Assembly: GCA_963783575.1 (NCBI GenBank)
Contig: CAWAOD010000009.1
Location: 192,001-256,000, forward strand
Origin: an uncultured Spirochaetota bacterium
Lineage (GTDB): Bacteria > Spirochaetota > Brevinematia > Brevinematales > JAOACQ01
Length of the DNA stretch: 64,000 nucleotides
Direction of reading: 5' to 3'
Numbering within the stretch: the stretch's first letter is position 1; the number at the start of each line of letters is the position of its first letter. A program made the position numbers and the translations under genes. Of the stretch, positions 1 through 9,427 are shown in pieces. The notes under the pieces are model-generated. The model was given only the letters and a program-made list of their open reading frames with translations. It made no database searches and was not told the DNA's origin.

Positions 1-103
1 CCGCAACCCTGAATCCGAATGATTTTATCTGGTTACGGATCACGCTTCTGATACCGGGATCATCGTCCACTATCAAAATTGTTTTTAAAGAGCTTTCATG
101 CAT
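1..103 (-). CDS. Response regulator, N-terminal receiver fragment (runs off window edge)
   Basis: Manual translation from ATG at 103: MHESSLKTILIVDDDPGIRSVIRNQIKSFGFRVA, with the REC-type ILIVDDD motif. Starts 3 nt after the kinase stop. Not in the ORF track. Confidence 0.85.
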   Translation of the reverse strand, partial: MHESSLKTILIVDDDPGIRSVIRNQIKSFGFRVA

Positions 104-106
104 TTT

Positions 107-2503
107 TTATTCCTTATATTTTATCAGGTATTTTACATCAAAAACAGTTCCGGAGCCTTTGCTGCTCCGGACCGAAATAATACCATCATATTTTGTGACC
201 AGTCGGTAAACAATACTTAATCCCATGCCGGTTCCCAGTCCAGGATCCTTTGTGGTAAAAAATGGATCAAATATTTTCGAGATGTCCTCGGATGGTATCC
301 CGCTGCCCGTATCGCTTACTGATGTATGAATTACATTCCCGTTATAAGAAGAATCGATTGTCAGAACCCCCTTACCTTTCATCGCATCAACAGCGTTGTT
401 AAAAAGATTAATATATATCTGGCGTATTTCTCCGCCCAGAGCATAAAACGGAGGCAGTTCGGAAAAATTCTTCTCAACTTTTATATTTATGAAATTTTTA
501 CTGTATTTTACAATCCTTAAAGCCTCTTCCATTATTTCGTTTAAATTAACACGGGAAGGTTTTTCATCTCTCATACTCCTGGAATATGAAGATAGGTCTT
601 TAACAATATCTGAGGCATGAATCGTAAAATTAATAATCGTTTCGGCATAATCCCTGATCTCCTTTGAATCCGCCTCATCCCTTATGATTTCAGCGTTTCC
701 CAGAATACCATAGAGCGGATTATTTATTTCGTGAGCGACCCCGGAAACCAGCGTACCCAGGGCAGCCATCTTCTCCGCACGGATAAGCTGTTCTTTCATT
801 TCTTTCTGAGATGTAATATTTTTCATAATAATTCCGGCTTCTTTTTTTCTACCGGACAATTCCGGAAGAAGAAAAAGAGTGTATCCCATAATCTCTTTAC
901 CTGTTATAAGCTCCTGATCATCCAGAAAATTATTTTTAGGAAGCAGTTTTATCTGCTCTATGAATTTTTCCCTGAATTCAGTACTATCAATCCCTATAAC
1001 ATTAAGAACTTCACTGCCGATCAAATCCCCGCGGTTCTGAAGAATTTCGTTTTTAAACGATTCATTGTAAAAAGAAATCTTATATGTTTCCAGATCAAAA
1101 ACCGCAATTGATGAAGGTATGTTTGATATAATATTCTTTGCGGCATTGGAAGCGTATATTTTATTAAGAGCAACTTTCAACTGGTTTGATATTGTTATAA
1201 AAAACTGATTGTAATCAGGATTTATTTTTTTGCGCGAATAAGGATTATCGAATATTATAAAATATAGATATTTATTCCTTACTGTCAAATGAAGGACAAG
1301 GCTTTCATAAGTCCCGGGTTCGGGATTGAGCAGATTGTAATTACCAATTGATAAATTCATTTCACTTGCCAGGCCTGACAGCATCTTTTCCCATTGCCGG
1401 GGAGTAAAATAAGGAAAATCAACCGCCCTTTTTGATAAATCCCTGTAAAGAATCAACGGTTCCTCGATCAGTTCATATTGTTCATTAAAAATAAAACAAT
1501 ATCCTCTGTCAAATCCGACCCTTTCTATGATTAAATTAATAACTGCTACAATTGTATCTTTTTCGTTTTCAAGAGTGTTAATCTGCTCCGCAATATCCTT
1601 TAATATGGATAATTTCTCCGCTTCTTCACGAATCTGCAGATGGGCGGTCCGAAGGTTACCGTATTCATTTTTAATGCTTTCCAGTGATTCTTCCAGGGCC
1701 TTTGATCTTTCCACATTCAATTTTTTGTTAACCTCAATGATTTTCTGGTATTTCCTGATCCATACAAAAGAGTATATTCCAAAGAAGCCCAGCGCTGTAA
1801 TCACAAGAGATTTTAAATCAATCCAGGGTAAAGATTGGAAAAAGTATAAAATTAAAATCCCTATAAAAAGAACAACAAGTCCTCCTAATATATATAGTTC
1901 TTTCCTTTGAACCGGTTTCCATTTTAATCTATAAATGCAGGAATCGTCTCCCTCAGCCTGACATTTAAGTTCTTCAATTTCAGCGGGCGGGAGCCCCCAG
2001 AAACCCGGAATGTAGGCAAGCTGACCCTGCATTGCCTGACAGTTCAGCTTGGTCTGCTGGTAGCCGCTGGAGTATTTACAACGCATAGTAATTGTATTGA
2101 AACCAGATTCCACCACCTCCATCTTCCCGACGCCGGAAAAATTCGAGGACATTTCTGCTATTTTCCTGTAAGCAATTTTCGGTGAACCGAACAGTTTCAG
2201 GACACTGAGTATTGAATAAAAAAAACCGTAGGATTCTTTGGATAAAACATAATACCCTGCCTCAAAAGGCGCTCTCGGGTTCTTAGTGAAATCCACCAGT
2301 CTCTGCAATAACTGGTTATAATATTCAAAAGATACCCAATTATTCTCATTTTCGAGAAATTCCAAATCCAGGCCTGTCTCACCGATAAAAAGCTCCAGAG
2401 TCCTCATGTCATAGCGGTCCTGAAGATAAAAGAGGATAGGTTTCACAACCCTACATGAGAGGTCGGTTTTAATTTTTTCGCTATCATAAACCCTTTGGCT
2501 CAT
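107..2503 (-). CDS. Sensor histidine kinase: N-terminal V4R/HNOB-like domain, 2 TM helices, GAF-like, PAS, HisKA, HATPase
   Basis: H-box [37 protein letters not shown]. The N-terminal [12 protein letters not shown] motif is V4R-like. Two hydrophobic segments at about aa 203-249. Confidence 0.9.
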   Translation of the reverse strand: MSQRVYDSEKIKTDLSCRVVKPILFYLQDRYDMRTLELFIGETGLDLEFLENENNWVSFEYYNQLLQRLVDFTKNPRAPFEAGYYVLSKESYGFFYSILSVLKLFGSPKIAYRKIAEMSSNFSGVGKMEVVESGFNTITMRCKYSSGYQQTKLNCQAMQGQLAYIPGFWGLPPAEIEELKCQAEGDDSCIYRLKWKPVQRKELYILGGLVVLFIGILILYFFQSLPWIDLKSLVITALGFFGIYSFVWIRKYQKIIEVNKKLNVERSKALEESLESIKNEYGNLRTAHLQIREEAEKLSILKDIAEQINTLENEKDTIVAVINLIIERVGFDRGYCFIFNEQYELIEEPLILYRDLSKRAVDFPYFTPRQWEKMLSGLASEMNLSIGNYNLLNPEPGTYESLVLHLTVRNKYLYFIIFDNPYSRKKINPDYNQFFITISNQLKVALNKIYASNAAKNIISNIPSSIAVFDLETYKISFYNESFKNEILQNRGDLIGSEVLNVIGIDSTEFREKFIEQIKLLPKNNFLDDQELITGKEIMGYTLFLLPELSGRKKEAGIIMKNITSQKEMKEQLIRAEKMAALGTLVSGVAHEINNPLYGILGNAEIIRDEADSKEIRDYAETIINFTIHASDIVKDLSSYSRSMRDEKPSRVNLNEIMEEALRIVKYSKNFINIKVEKNFSELPPFYALGGEIRQIYINLFNNAVDAMKGKGVLTIDSSYNGNVIHTSVSDTGSGIPSEDISKIFDPFFTTKDPGLGTGMGLSIVYRLVTKYDGIISVRSSKGSGTVFDVKYLIKYKE

Positions 2504-3949
2504 GGAATCTTCCTTTCTTTATTTTCATAGCTTAGCACCAACCGTCTAACTTTTTCGTTAATTGCCGGGTCATTCAGTATAAAAACAAATCCCATCTCTT
2601 TTTCATGAGCGCCGTCAAATGACCAAACCACCCTGGCAGGTACTTTAAAATCATTCAGGGGATTGGAGAAGGAAAATCTCAGCAAGCACCGCCCTTTCTT
2701 CAAGACCTTGGGAAAGGATATCCTGGCTCCGGTCAAAGAAATGTCTGCCAGATTGCCGCTAAAGAATTCTTTTTTATGTTCCAACACAACGCTGGCATCG
2801 GTATAGACTCTTTCACAGAAACGCCGATTGAAAACCTGCTTGGTATGAAATTTAGTCGATTCGGAGAAAAGAACAAAAAGATTTGTCAATATCGGATTCA
2901 GAAAGGGTGAGAGGTGCTTCATATAAGCGTACATCGGCACAACTTCGGATCCAAAACTTAGTTTTTCATATGTGGTAGTAAGACCCATTTCAATAATCCC
3001 GGCCCCTTCATCAATACCCAGTTTAACGGTATAACCGTAAAGATTAAAAAGCAAATAATACTGCCTTACATATTCATAATCCATACCGGCAAAAAGCCCG
3101 TGAAGGGTACTTTCATCCTTAATCGCCAGTGAGTAACCGATCACCTTGCCATCCTTCAAGAATTCCAGGAGCTTCGTCTTTCCCTTCATATAATGACTCA
3201 TATTGACAAAATACTCCCGGGTAAGGATTTCTCTCTGATATTCCCTGGAATGATCATAACATTGCCGCCAAGAGCTCCAGAAGCCTGTCCGCCTGATCCC
3301 CATATTCGGACACAACTTTTACTTCGACCGAGTTTTCCTCTAAAATGCGCATATATCTTCTGACTGACATTTTGTATTTACTGGCAAGGTCCCCCATATA
3401 TTCCCCAAAATCTTTCCAATTGTTGATCACATAAGCATTGGGCAGTATACCAACCCTTTTAAAAGCGAACTTAAGAAGGCTATCGGAATGGGGAAGATCT
3501 TTTTCGATGAAATCCCTCAAAATAAGTATATTGACTTTTTTTTCACGGGCGTATACTTTCATCTGATCCGTAATAATTTCCATAATCCGTGAGATGTCAT
3601 GCCCATCGACCCAATTTACGGTATTTCCCAGCGCGGTAGGAGTCCCGCATTCAATAACGCGCAGCCGGAGGAAACGCGGATAGATAATTTTCCTGATAAA
3701 ATCGATGATTTTCTTTGCGATTCCCCTATTGAAAATATCCAGATCGAAACTGATATAATAGAAACAGGTATTTGCTATAGGCTTGCCGTCTTCATACAAC
3801 ACAACATAACGGTAATCGCAGTCGTTAATATGAGATTCTTCAACAGCGATCAGGTGTTCCCAGGAACTGATGATATTATCCTTTCTGACAACGGAATTCC
3901 AGAGTGATGGTTCGACTTCTTTCAGGGAGTTATAAACTTTAGTTTCCAT
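2500..3949 (-). CDS. BioF2-like GNAT-fold acyltransferase with C-terminal PilZ domain (split by +1 frameshift at about 3271)
   Basis: ORFs 3254..3949 and 2500..3315 join as ...RLLEL-WRQCYDHSREYQREIL if one base is removed (CTC T TGG). PilZ motifs RFCER (RxxxR) and DISLTG. Stop overlaps the kinase ATG (ATGA). Confidence 0.8.
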
Positions 3950-3982
3950 AACTACCTCACAATAGAATATTCTCCAAAAATA

Positions 3983-3996
3983 ATTATCCGGATAAT
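3983..3996. promoter_or_regulatory. Perfect 14-bp palindrome, candidate operator
   Basis: ATTATCCGGATAAT, at the predicted transcription start of the 4003-4031 promoter. Confidence 0.45.
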
Positions 3997-4002
3997 ATGG
4001 AT

Positions 4003-4031
4003 AGTATAGGTCTTCCTGATAATTCTGTCAA
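4003..4031 (-). promoter_or_regulatory. Sigma70-type promoter P1 for the GNAT-PilZ/HK/RR operon
   Basis: TTGACA (4031-4026), 17-nt spacer, TATACT (4008-4003) on the minus strand. Confidence 0.7.
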
Positions 4032-4090
4032 TAAGGTTTTTAAATTAATAATGAATCGTATTAATTACTGAAAAAAGATTATTCTTTATG

Positions 4091-4174
4091 AATATGGGTA
4101 GTTCTAAAATCTTCTTTAAACTACATTTTTTATCCAATGGAACTACCCATGGAGTTTTTAGAAGTACTCATATT
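4091..4174. repeat. Mixed inverted/direct repeat cluster in the divergent intergenic region
   Basis: AATATGGGTAGTTCTAAAA (4091-4109) is the 17/19 reverse complement of TTTTAGAAGTACTCATATT (4156-4174). A further core copy GAACTACCCAT lies at 4140-4150. Confidence 0.75.
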
Positions 4175-4203
4175 ATATTTGTTTATTCCTCTTACCTTTT
4201 TTT

Positions 4204-4232
4204 ATTATAATGAGTAAGATATCATCTGTCAA
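4204..4232 (-). promoter_or_regulatory. Sigma70-type promoter P2 (perfect consensus)
   Basis: TTGACA (4232-4227), 17-nt spacer, TATAAT (4209-4204) on the minus strand. Confidence 0.7.
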
Positions 4233-4385
4233 CCAATAAATAGTTTTCTTTACATAAATTATTCCTTTAATTAAAATGATATATTAATTGTATAAAATTT
4301 GTGATTAATATTTTATTAATAATTTGTTATCTTGTTATTTAATAAACGGTTGATTATATTATAAATTGATTTTTAGGAAATTAGC

Positions 4386-4754
4386 ATGGAAGAAAAGAGA
4401 TTTTTTAGTAGAAGAGATCCAAGGATTAGCCTGACAATTGAAATATCCATATTGCAGGAAGGCCTTACCGATAGTAAAAAAACCATACTTGTCAATACCA
4501 TTGATATTTCAAAAGAAGGTTTCTTTCTTGAAACTACAGAAAAACTGCCGGAAAACATTACACTTGTACTTACATTTTCCCTGCCGGATCAGCATGATAA
4601 GATTAAAGTACATGGAACTGTTGTCTGGCAGAAAAAGGAAGAAACCAGCGACAGTTATCAAGCCGGCATCCATATTCTTGATATGGATGATAAATCCGCT
4701 GATTTAATGAAACATTTCTTCGAATCGGCCAGTTATTACGGCTGGTTTTATTAA
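4386..4754 (+). CDS. Stand-alone PilZ domain protein (c-di-GMP receptor)
   Basis: RRDPR (RxxxR) and DISKEG (DxSxxG) motifs, GTVVW strand, AGGA RBS. Confidence 0.9.
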   Translation: MEEKRFFSRRDPRISLTIEISILQEGLTDSKKTILVNTIDISKEGFFLETTEKLPENITLVLTFSLPDQHDKIKVHGTVVWQKKEETSDSYQAGIHILDMDDKSADLMKHFFESASYYGWFY

Positions 4755-4764
4755 GGAAGTATTT

Positions 4765-6024
4765 ATGGATTCAGACAAATATTCATTGGTAGATTTTATT
4801 GAATACAACGACAGCGATATATTCACAAAAGCACGTTTTTTCGGGGAATATAAGGTAGATTATATTGCCAAACGATATTACACATATTTCCGTCAAACCC
4901 TTGGTTACTGCGGACCCCGTGTTAAAGTATTCGACCGCTATGAGAACAAAGTCAAAGAGATGATTATGATGGCTTCGAACAATTACCTATGTTTATCCTA
5001 TCATCCGGACGTTATCGAAGCCGGAGTTCAGGCCCTTAAAAAATATGGTGCGGGCCTTTGCGGTTCTCCGGTTCTCTGCGGTTATACCGATCTTCACAGG
5101 GAACTTGAGCTCAAGCTTGCTGAATTTAAAAGTTGTGAGGATGCAATCCTTTTTCCATCAGGATTTTCAACAAACCAGGGGACAATCTCTGCGCTTGTAA
5201 GAAAAAATGATACTGTTGTTGTCGACAGACTTGATCATGCCAGTATAATCGACGGTTGTATGGCTTCAGGCGCAACTTTCAAGCCCTTCGCCCATAACAG
5301 CATTACGAGCCTGCACAATGTTCTATCAAGGCTTGACAAAGCCGGGATAAAATCAGGAAAACTTATCATCATTGAAGGTGTTTATAGCATGGACGGTGAT
5401 ATCGCCCCCCTTACGGGAATTGTTGATGCGGCAAAGGAATTCGGGGCAAGGGTTATGGTTGATGAAGCCCACGCTACCGGTGTTCTCGGGAAAACAGGCA
5501 GGGGAAGCCTGGAACACCACGGATTGGAAGGCAAGGTTGATATAGTTATGGGTACATTCAGCAAATCTCTCGGCGCTTCGGGAGGATTTATCTGTTCATC
5601 TAGTGAGGTTATCGATTATCTTAGATTTTACGCACGTTCTTATTTCTTTTCGGCATCGCTGCCGCCGGTCATAGCCGGCTGCGTACTCAAGGCTCTTGAA
5701 TTGATTGAGAAAGACGGTAAAATTCGCGATAAACTCTGGGATAATATCCATTATATGAAAAGCCAATTGAAATCGCTGGGTTTCAATGTTCTGGAAAGCA
5801 ATTCCGCCATAATCCCAATAATTGTAGGCGATGACATAAAACTACGGAAAATGTCTTCCGAAATTCATGATAAAGGTATCTTTATAAATTCGGTATTTTA
5901 TCCGGCGGTTCAGAGGAAATCTTCAAGAATCCGCTTAAGCTTGATTTCAGACCACACAAGGCAGGACCTTGACGAAACCCTGAATGTCCTTGAGGATACA
6001 GGTAAAAAATTCGGCATAATTTAA
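4765..6024 (+). CDS. PLP-dependent alpha-oxoamine synthase (AONS/serine palmitoyltransferase/BioF2 family)
   Basis: SNNYL, DHASIIDG, EGVYSMDGD, DEAH, PLP-lysine motif GTFSKS, FSASLPP. Confidence 0.9.
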   Translation: MDSDKYSLVDFIEYNDSDIFTKARFFGEYKVDYIAKRYYTYFRQTLGYCGPRVKVFDRYENKVKEMIMMASNNYLCLSYHPDVIEAGVQALKKYGAGLCGSPVLCGYTDLHRELELKLAEFKSCEDAILFPSGFSTNQGTISALVRKNDTVVVDRLDHASIIDGCMASGATFKPFAHNSITSLHNVLSRLDKAGIKSGKLIIIEGVYSMDGDIAPLTGIVDAAKEFGARVMVDEAHATGVLGKTGRGSLEHHGLEGKVDIVMGTFSKSLGASGGFICSSSEVIDYLRFYARSYFFSASLPPVIAGCVLKALELIEKDGKIRDKLWDNIHYMKSQLKSLGFNVLESNSAIIPIIVGDDIKLRKMSSEIHDKGIFINSVFYPAVQRKSSRIRLSLISDHTRQDLDETLNVLEDTGKKFGII

Positions 6025-6043
6025 TAAAAAGGCAGAAAGGGGC

Positions 6044-6703
6044 CTAATCAGTTTCTTTCAATAAATTCTTGATTGTTTCTAAAAGCAGTTCCTTCCTGAT
6101 TGGTTTCTGAAGATAGGCAGCCCTGGATTTGATAAGACCGTAACTTTTCATTTCGGAGTCCATATCGATAGCTGTTATAAAAAGAATCGGTACAGTTTCA
6201 TCCAGCCTCCTTATCAATTCGGCAAGCTCAATCCCATTAAAATCAGGAAGTCTGATATCTGTAATTACAAGATCGGGAACTATGTTCTGAAAGAGAATAA
6301 GGCCTTCGGCTCCGCTTTTTGCAGTATAAACGCTGTAGTTCTCCTTTTGAAGCATATAAGAAATGGTTTTAGTTATATATGTAAGGTCATCTATGAGCAG
6401 TATGTTAATAAACATATTATTTTTCACTATACCTTTCAGCCTTTCGGCTATTTCTATCTGCATGGAATTTGCATTAATATTTAGAAGAGGATCAAGGCTG
6501 CTCTTTAAAAGATTTTGAAAACGGGCTTTAATCTTTTGCTCCCTGGATTCTCGATCTATCTGTTCTATCATTGCTTTCTTTTTATCGACTGGAATATTCA
6601 TTTCAAGAATTTCCTTTACCCTGGCTGTTTCTTCCTCAGAACGTGAACGTTTTAATATATTACCGAGTTCGATATAATTTTCACCATCAATTTTTTTGTC
6701 CAT
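6044..6703 (-). CDS. Response regulator: C-terminal receiver with N-terminal helical extension
   Basis: LLIDD, VITDIRLP, FITA and YLQKP receiver motifs. Start moved to ATG 6703 (AGGAG RBS). Confidence 0.85.
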   Translation of the reverse strand: MDKKIDGENYIELGNILKRSRSEEETARVKEILEMNIPVDKKKAMIEQIDRESREQKIKARFQNLLKSSLDPLLNINANSMQIEIAERLKGIVKNNMFINILLIDDLTYITKTISYMLQKENYSVYTAKSGAEGLILFQNIVPDLVITDIRLPDFNGIELAELIRRLDETVPILFITAIDMDSEMKSYGLIKSRAAYLQKPIRKELLLETIKNLLKETD

Positions 6704-6831
6704 ATCTAACTCCTGTAATATTATTTTATAACACATAAATAATATTCATTACTTGGTAAAATAACAAGAATAATACAAGTAATTTCGGAATTGATATATA
6801 ATTTATTAATAAATCTTATTATCAATAAATA

Positions 6832-8061
6832 TTAAAAAAGATGGACGGGCGATTCGTCTATTTGTGTGGGAAGACCCATACCATTTAATAATGATATAAA
6901 AGGATCGGGATCAAGTTCCTCGACATTTGCCATTGTTTTTACATCCCAGGCGCCCTGAGCGGCAAGAATCGCTCCTGCTACAGGCGGAACGCCGGCAGTA
7001 TATGAAATCGCTTGAGATCCGACCTCTTTATAACAATCTGCATGATCGCAAACATTGTAGATAAATATCATCTTGTCTTTCCCGTCTTTTTCCCCTTTGA
7101 CAAGATTCCCGATGCAGGTTTTGCCGGTATAATTGGGGGCCAGGGATGACGGATCCGGGAGGATGGCTTTAAGAAGCTTAAGCGGTACGACTTCAAGTCC
7201 TTCTGCCGTTTTGACCGGTTTTTCCGAAGTAAGGCCCAGCTTTGTGAGAACCGTGAAAACATTGATGTAATGATCGCTGAAACCCATCCAGAAACGGATA
7301 CTGTTCGCATCAATATTATTCGAAAGGGAATGAAGCTCGTCATGACCATTGAGGTAGACCGGCATCTCACCTACAACCGGAAATTTATATACTTTTTTAA
7401 TTGAATGGACCTTTTCTTCGACCCATTTCCTGTCTATCCATGTCCATACTTTCTTAAATTCCCTGAAATTGATCTCAGGATCGAAGTTTGTTGCAAAGTA
7501 TTTTCCATGATTTCCGGCATTTACATCCAGAATATCAATTGTGTCGATCTTATCGAAATAATGCTTTACAGCCAGCGCGCAGTAGCTGTTAACCACCCCG
7601 GGATCGAATCCCACCCCAAGAATGGCCGTTATACCTTTTTCTTTACACCTGTCTTTTCTCTTCCATTCATAATTCGCATACCACGGCGGGTCTTCACAGA
7701 CCTTGTCGGGTTCCTCATGAATAGCTGTGTCCATATAGACAGCGCCGGTTTCTATGCAGGCCTCAAGAACCGACATATTGATGTAGGATTGACCGAGATT
7801 GATGACGATCTGTGAGCCGGTTTCTTTAATCAATCTTGCAGTTGCCTGAATATCCAGGGCATCAATCTTCCTTGAATAAAGTTTCTTTGATTTATCTTTC
7901 AGACTGTTTTTTCTGTTAACACTTTCTATGATCGCTTCGCATTTATTCTGCGACCTTGAGGCAATGCAGATATCGCCTAATATATCATTATTACTGGCAG
8001 CCTTATGCGCAGCCACATGAGCAACCCCGCCGGCTCCTATAATCATAACATTTTTCCTCAT
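6832..8061 (-). CDS. Carboxy(nor)spermidine dehydrogenase (saccharopine dehydrogenase family)
   Basis: IIGAGGVA Rossmann motif, GFDPG, FATNFDPEINFRE, QAISYTAGVP. Lies next to nspC. Confidence 0.9.
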   Translation of the reverse strand: MRKNVMIIGAGGVAHVAAHKAASNNDILGDICIASRSQNKCEAIIESVNRKNSLKDKSKKLYSRKIDALDIQATARLIKETGSQIVINLGQSYINMSVLEACIETGAVYMDTAIHEEPDKVCEDPPWYANYEWKRKDRCKEKGITAILGVGFDPGVVNSYCALAVKHYFDKIDTIDILDVNAGNHGKYFATNFDPEINFREFKKVWTWIDRKWVEEKVHSIKKVYKFPVVGEMPVYLNGHDELHSLSNNIDANSIRFWMGFSDHYINVFTVLTKLGLTSEKPVKTAEGLEVVPLKLLKAILPDPSSLAPNYTGKTCIGNLVKGEKDGKDKMIFIYNVCDHADCYKEVGSQAISYTAGVPPVAGAILAAQGAWDVKTMANVEELDPDPFISLLNGMGLPTQIDESPVHLF

Positions 8062-8075
8062 AGCCGTAGACCTCC

Positions 8076-9182
8076 CTAAGATAAATTATTCAAATAATCT
8101 TCATATTTAAAAATACGTACGGTATCGATACTGCCGTCCAGCCTTTTTACAACGATCGAGGGCATTTGAAGCCCGTTAAACCAGTTCTTTTTAACCATTG
8201 TATAGCCTGCAGCATCAGCTATATGAATGATACTGCCTGCTTTTAATTTATTTTTAAAATCATGAGTCCCGAATATGTCACCTGCGAGGCAGGAACATCC
8301 CGCGATCATATATTTATTACCTCCCCGGGGCATTTCAATTTTAGCGCCTGTACCGTAGATCAACAAATCAAGCATATGTGCTTCCGTCGAAGCGTCAACA
8401 ACCGCTATATTTATTTCATTATGAACAATATCCAGAACTTTTGTAACAAGTTCGGCGGATTTAGTAATGACAGTTTCTCCGGGTTCAAGATATACCTGAA
8501 CATTGTATTTTTCACCGAACTCTTTCAGCTTTGAACAAAAACTTTTCAAAGGATAACCGTCCTTTGTAAAATAAAGCCCGCCGCCAAGACTGATCCAATC
8601 CACTTTATTTAAAATTCCCGAATATTTCCTTCCTATTAAATCCAGGTTTGCTGAAAAATTATCAAAGTCATCATTTTCACAATTAAAATGTATCATAATA
8701 CCGCTCAAAATCGGCAACACTTCCGATAAATCTCCTGTTTTGGTAACTCCAAGCCTTGAGTAACGGCGAGCCGGGTCGGCAAGATCGAAATGAGAGTAAC
8801 TAAAACCAGGATTTACCCGAAGACCTATTTTTAATCCCCTGACGTCTTTATAATAATTTTTTAATTGTGATAATGAATTAAATATAATCTTGTCGGCATA
8901 TTTTTTAATCTCAAGGATATCATCCCTTGAATAAGCTACGCTGTAGCCATGGACTTCCTTCCCGAACTTTTCCCTTCCAAGCCTTGCTTCAAATAAAGAA
9001 CTGCTGGTTGTACCGTCTAAATATTCCTTCATCAATCCGAAAACAGACCAAGTGGAAAAACACTTCAGTGCCAGAACCGACTTTGCCCCGGAATGATCTC
9101 TGACATATTTTATCTTTTTAAGATTTTTTAATAACTTCTTTTCATCAATTAAATAGTAAGGGGTTTTTAAAACCATCGCCAT
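8076..9182 (-). CDS. nspC: Carboxy(nor)spermidine decarboxylase
   Basis: TPYYLIDE, LALKCFS, SSLFEARLG, LGGG, YLEPGE, SCLAGDIFG, YTMVKKNWFNG. Confidence 0.92.
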   Translation of the reverse strand: MAMVLKTPYYLIDEKKLLKNLKKIKYVRDHSGAKSVLALKCFSTWSVFGLMKEYLDGTTSSSLFEARLGREKFGKEVHGYSVAYSRDDILEIKKYADKIIFNSLSQLKNYYKDVRGLKIGLRVNPGFSYSHFDLADPARRYSRLGVTKTGDLSEVLPILSGIMIHFNCENDDFDNFSANLDLIGRKYSGILNKVDWISLGGGLYFTKDGYPLKSFCSKLKEFGEKYNVQVYLEPGETVITKSAELVTKVLDIVHNEINIAVVDASTEAHMLDLLIYGTGAKIEMPRGGNKYMIAGCSCLAGDIFGTHDFKNKLKAGSIIHIADAAGYTMVKKNWFNGLQMPSIVVKRLDGSIDTVRIFKYEDYLNNLS

Positions 9183-9235
9183 CCTTCTGACTGCATTAAA
9201 ATTGACATGATTTTTATTAGAAACAGGTGTACAGT

Positions 9236-9264
9236 ATTATAGACCAGCGCAAGAATTTTATCAA
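9236..9264 (-). promoter_or_regulatory. Sigma70-type promoter for the nspC operon
   Basis: TTGATA, 17-nt spacer, TATAAT on the minus strand. Confidence 0.55.
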
Positions 9265-9427
9265 AAAACAATGGTCTTAAAATAGTCAAAAGACGGTAGA
9301 TTTAATAAACTATTATTGATTATCGCCCTGTTACCTGCCAATCGAATGACTTTGCTGCTTTATATCTCATATTATTTTGCCAATTTTAATCTAAGGCTGT
9401 AAAATTAATAATATTTGGAGGAAAAAT

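Noticed and set aside
3254..3315. Programmed ribosomal frameshift in the GNAT gene
   Set aside because: No slippery heptamer or evident stimulatory structure; the shift falls mid-domain and similar indels occur throughout the window.
4765..6024. Calling the PLP enzyme bioF, kbl, spt or cqsA
   Set aside because: No biotin or threonine-catabolism genes are adjacent and motifs alone do not fix the substrate, so no gene symbol was given.
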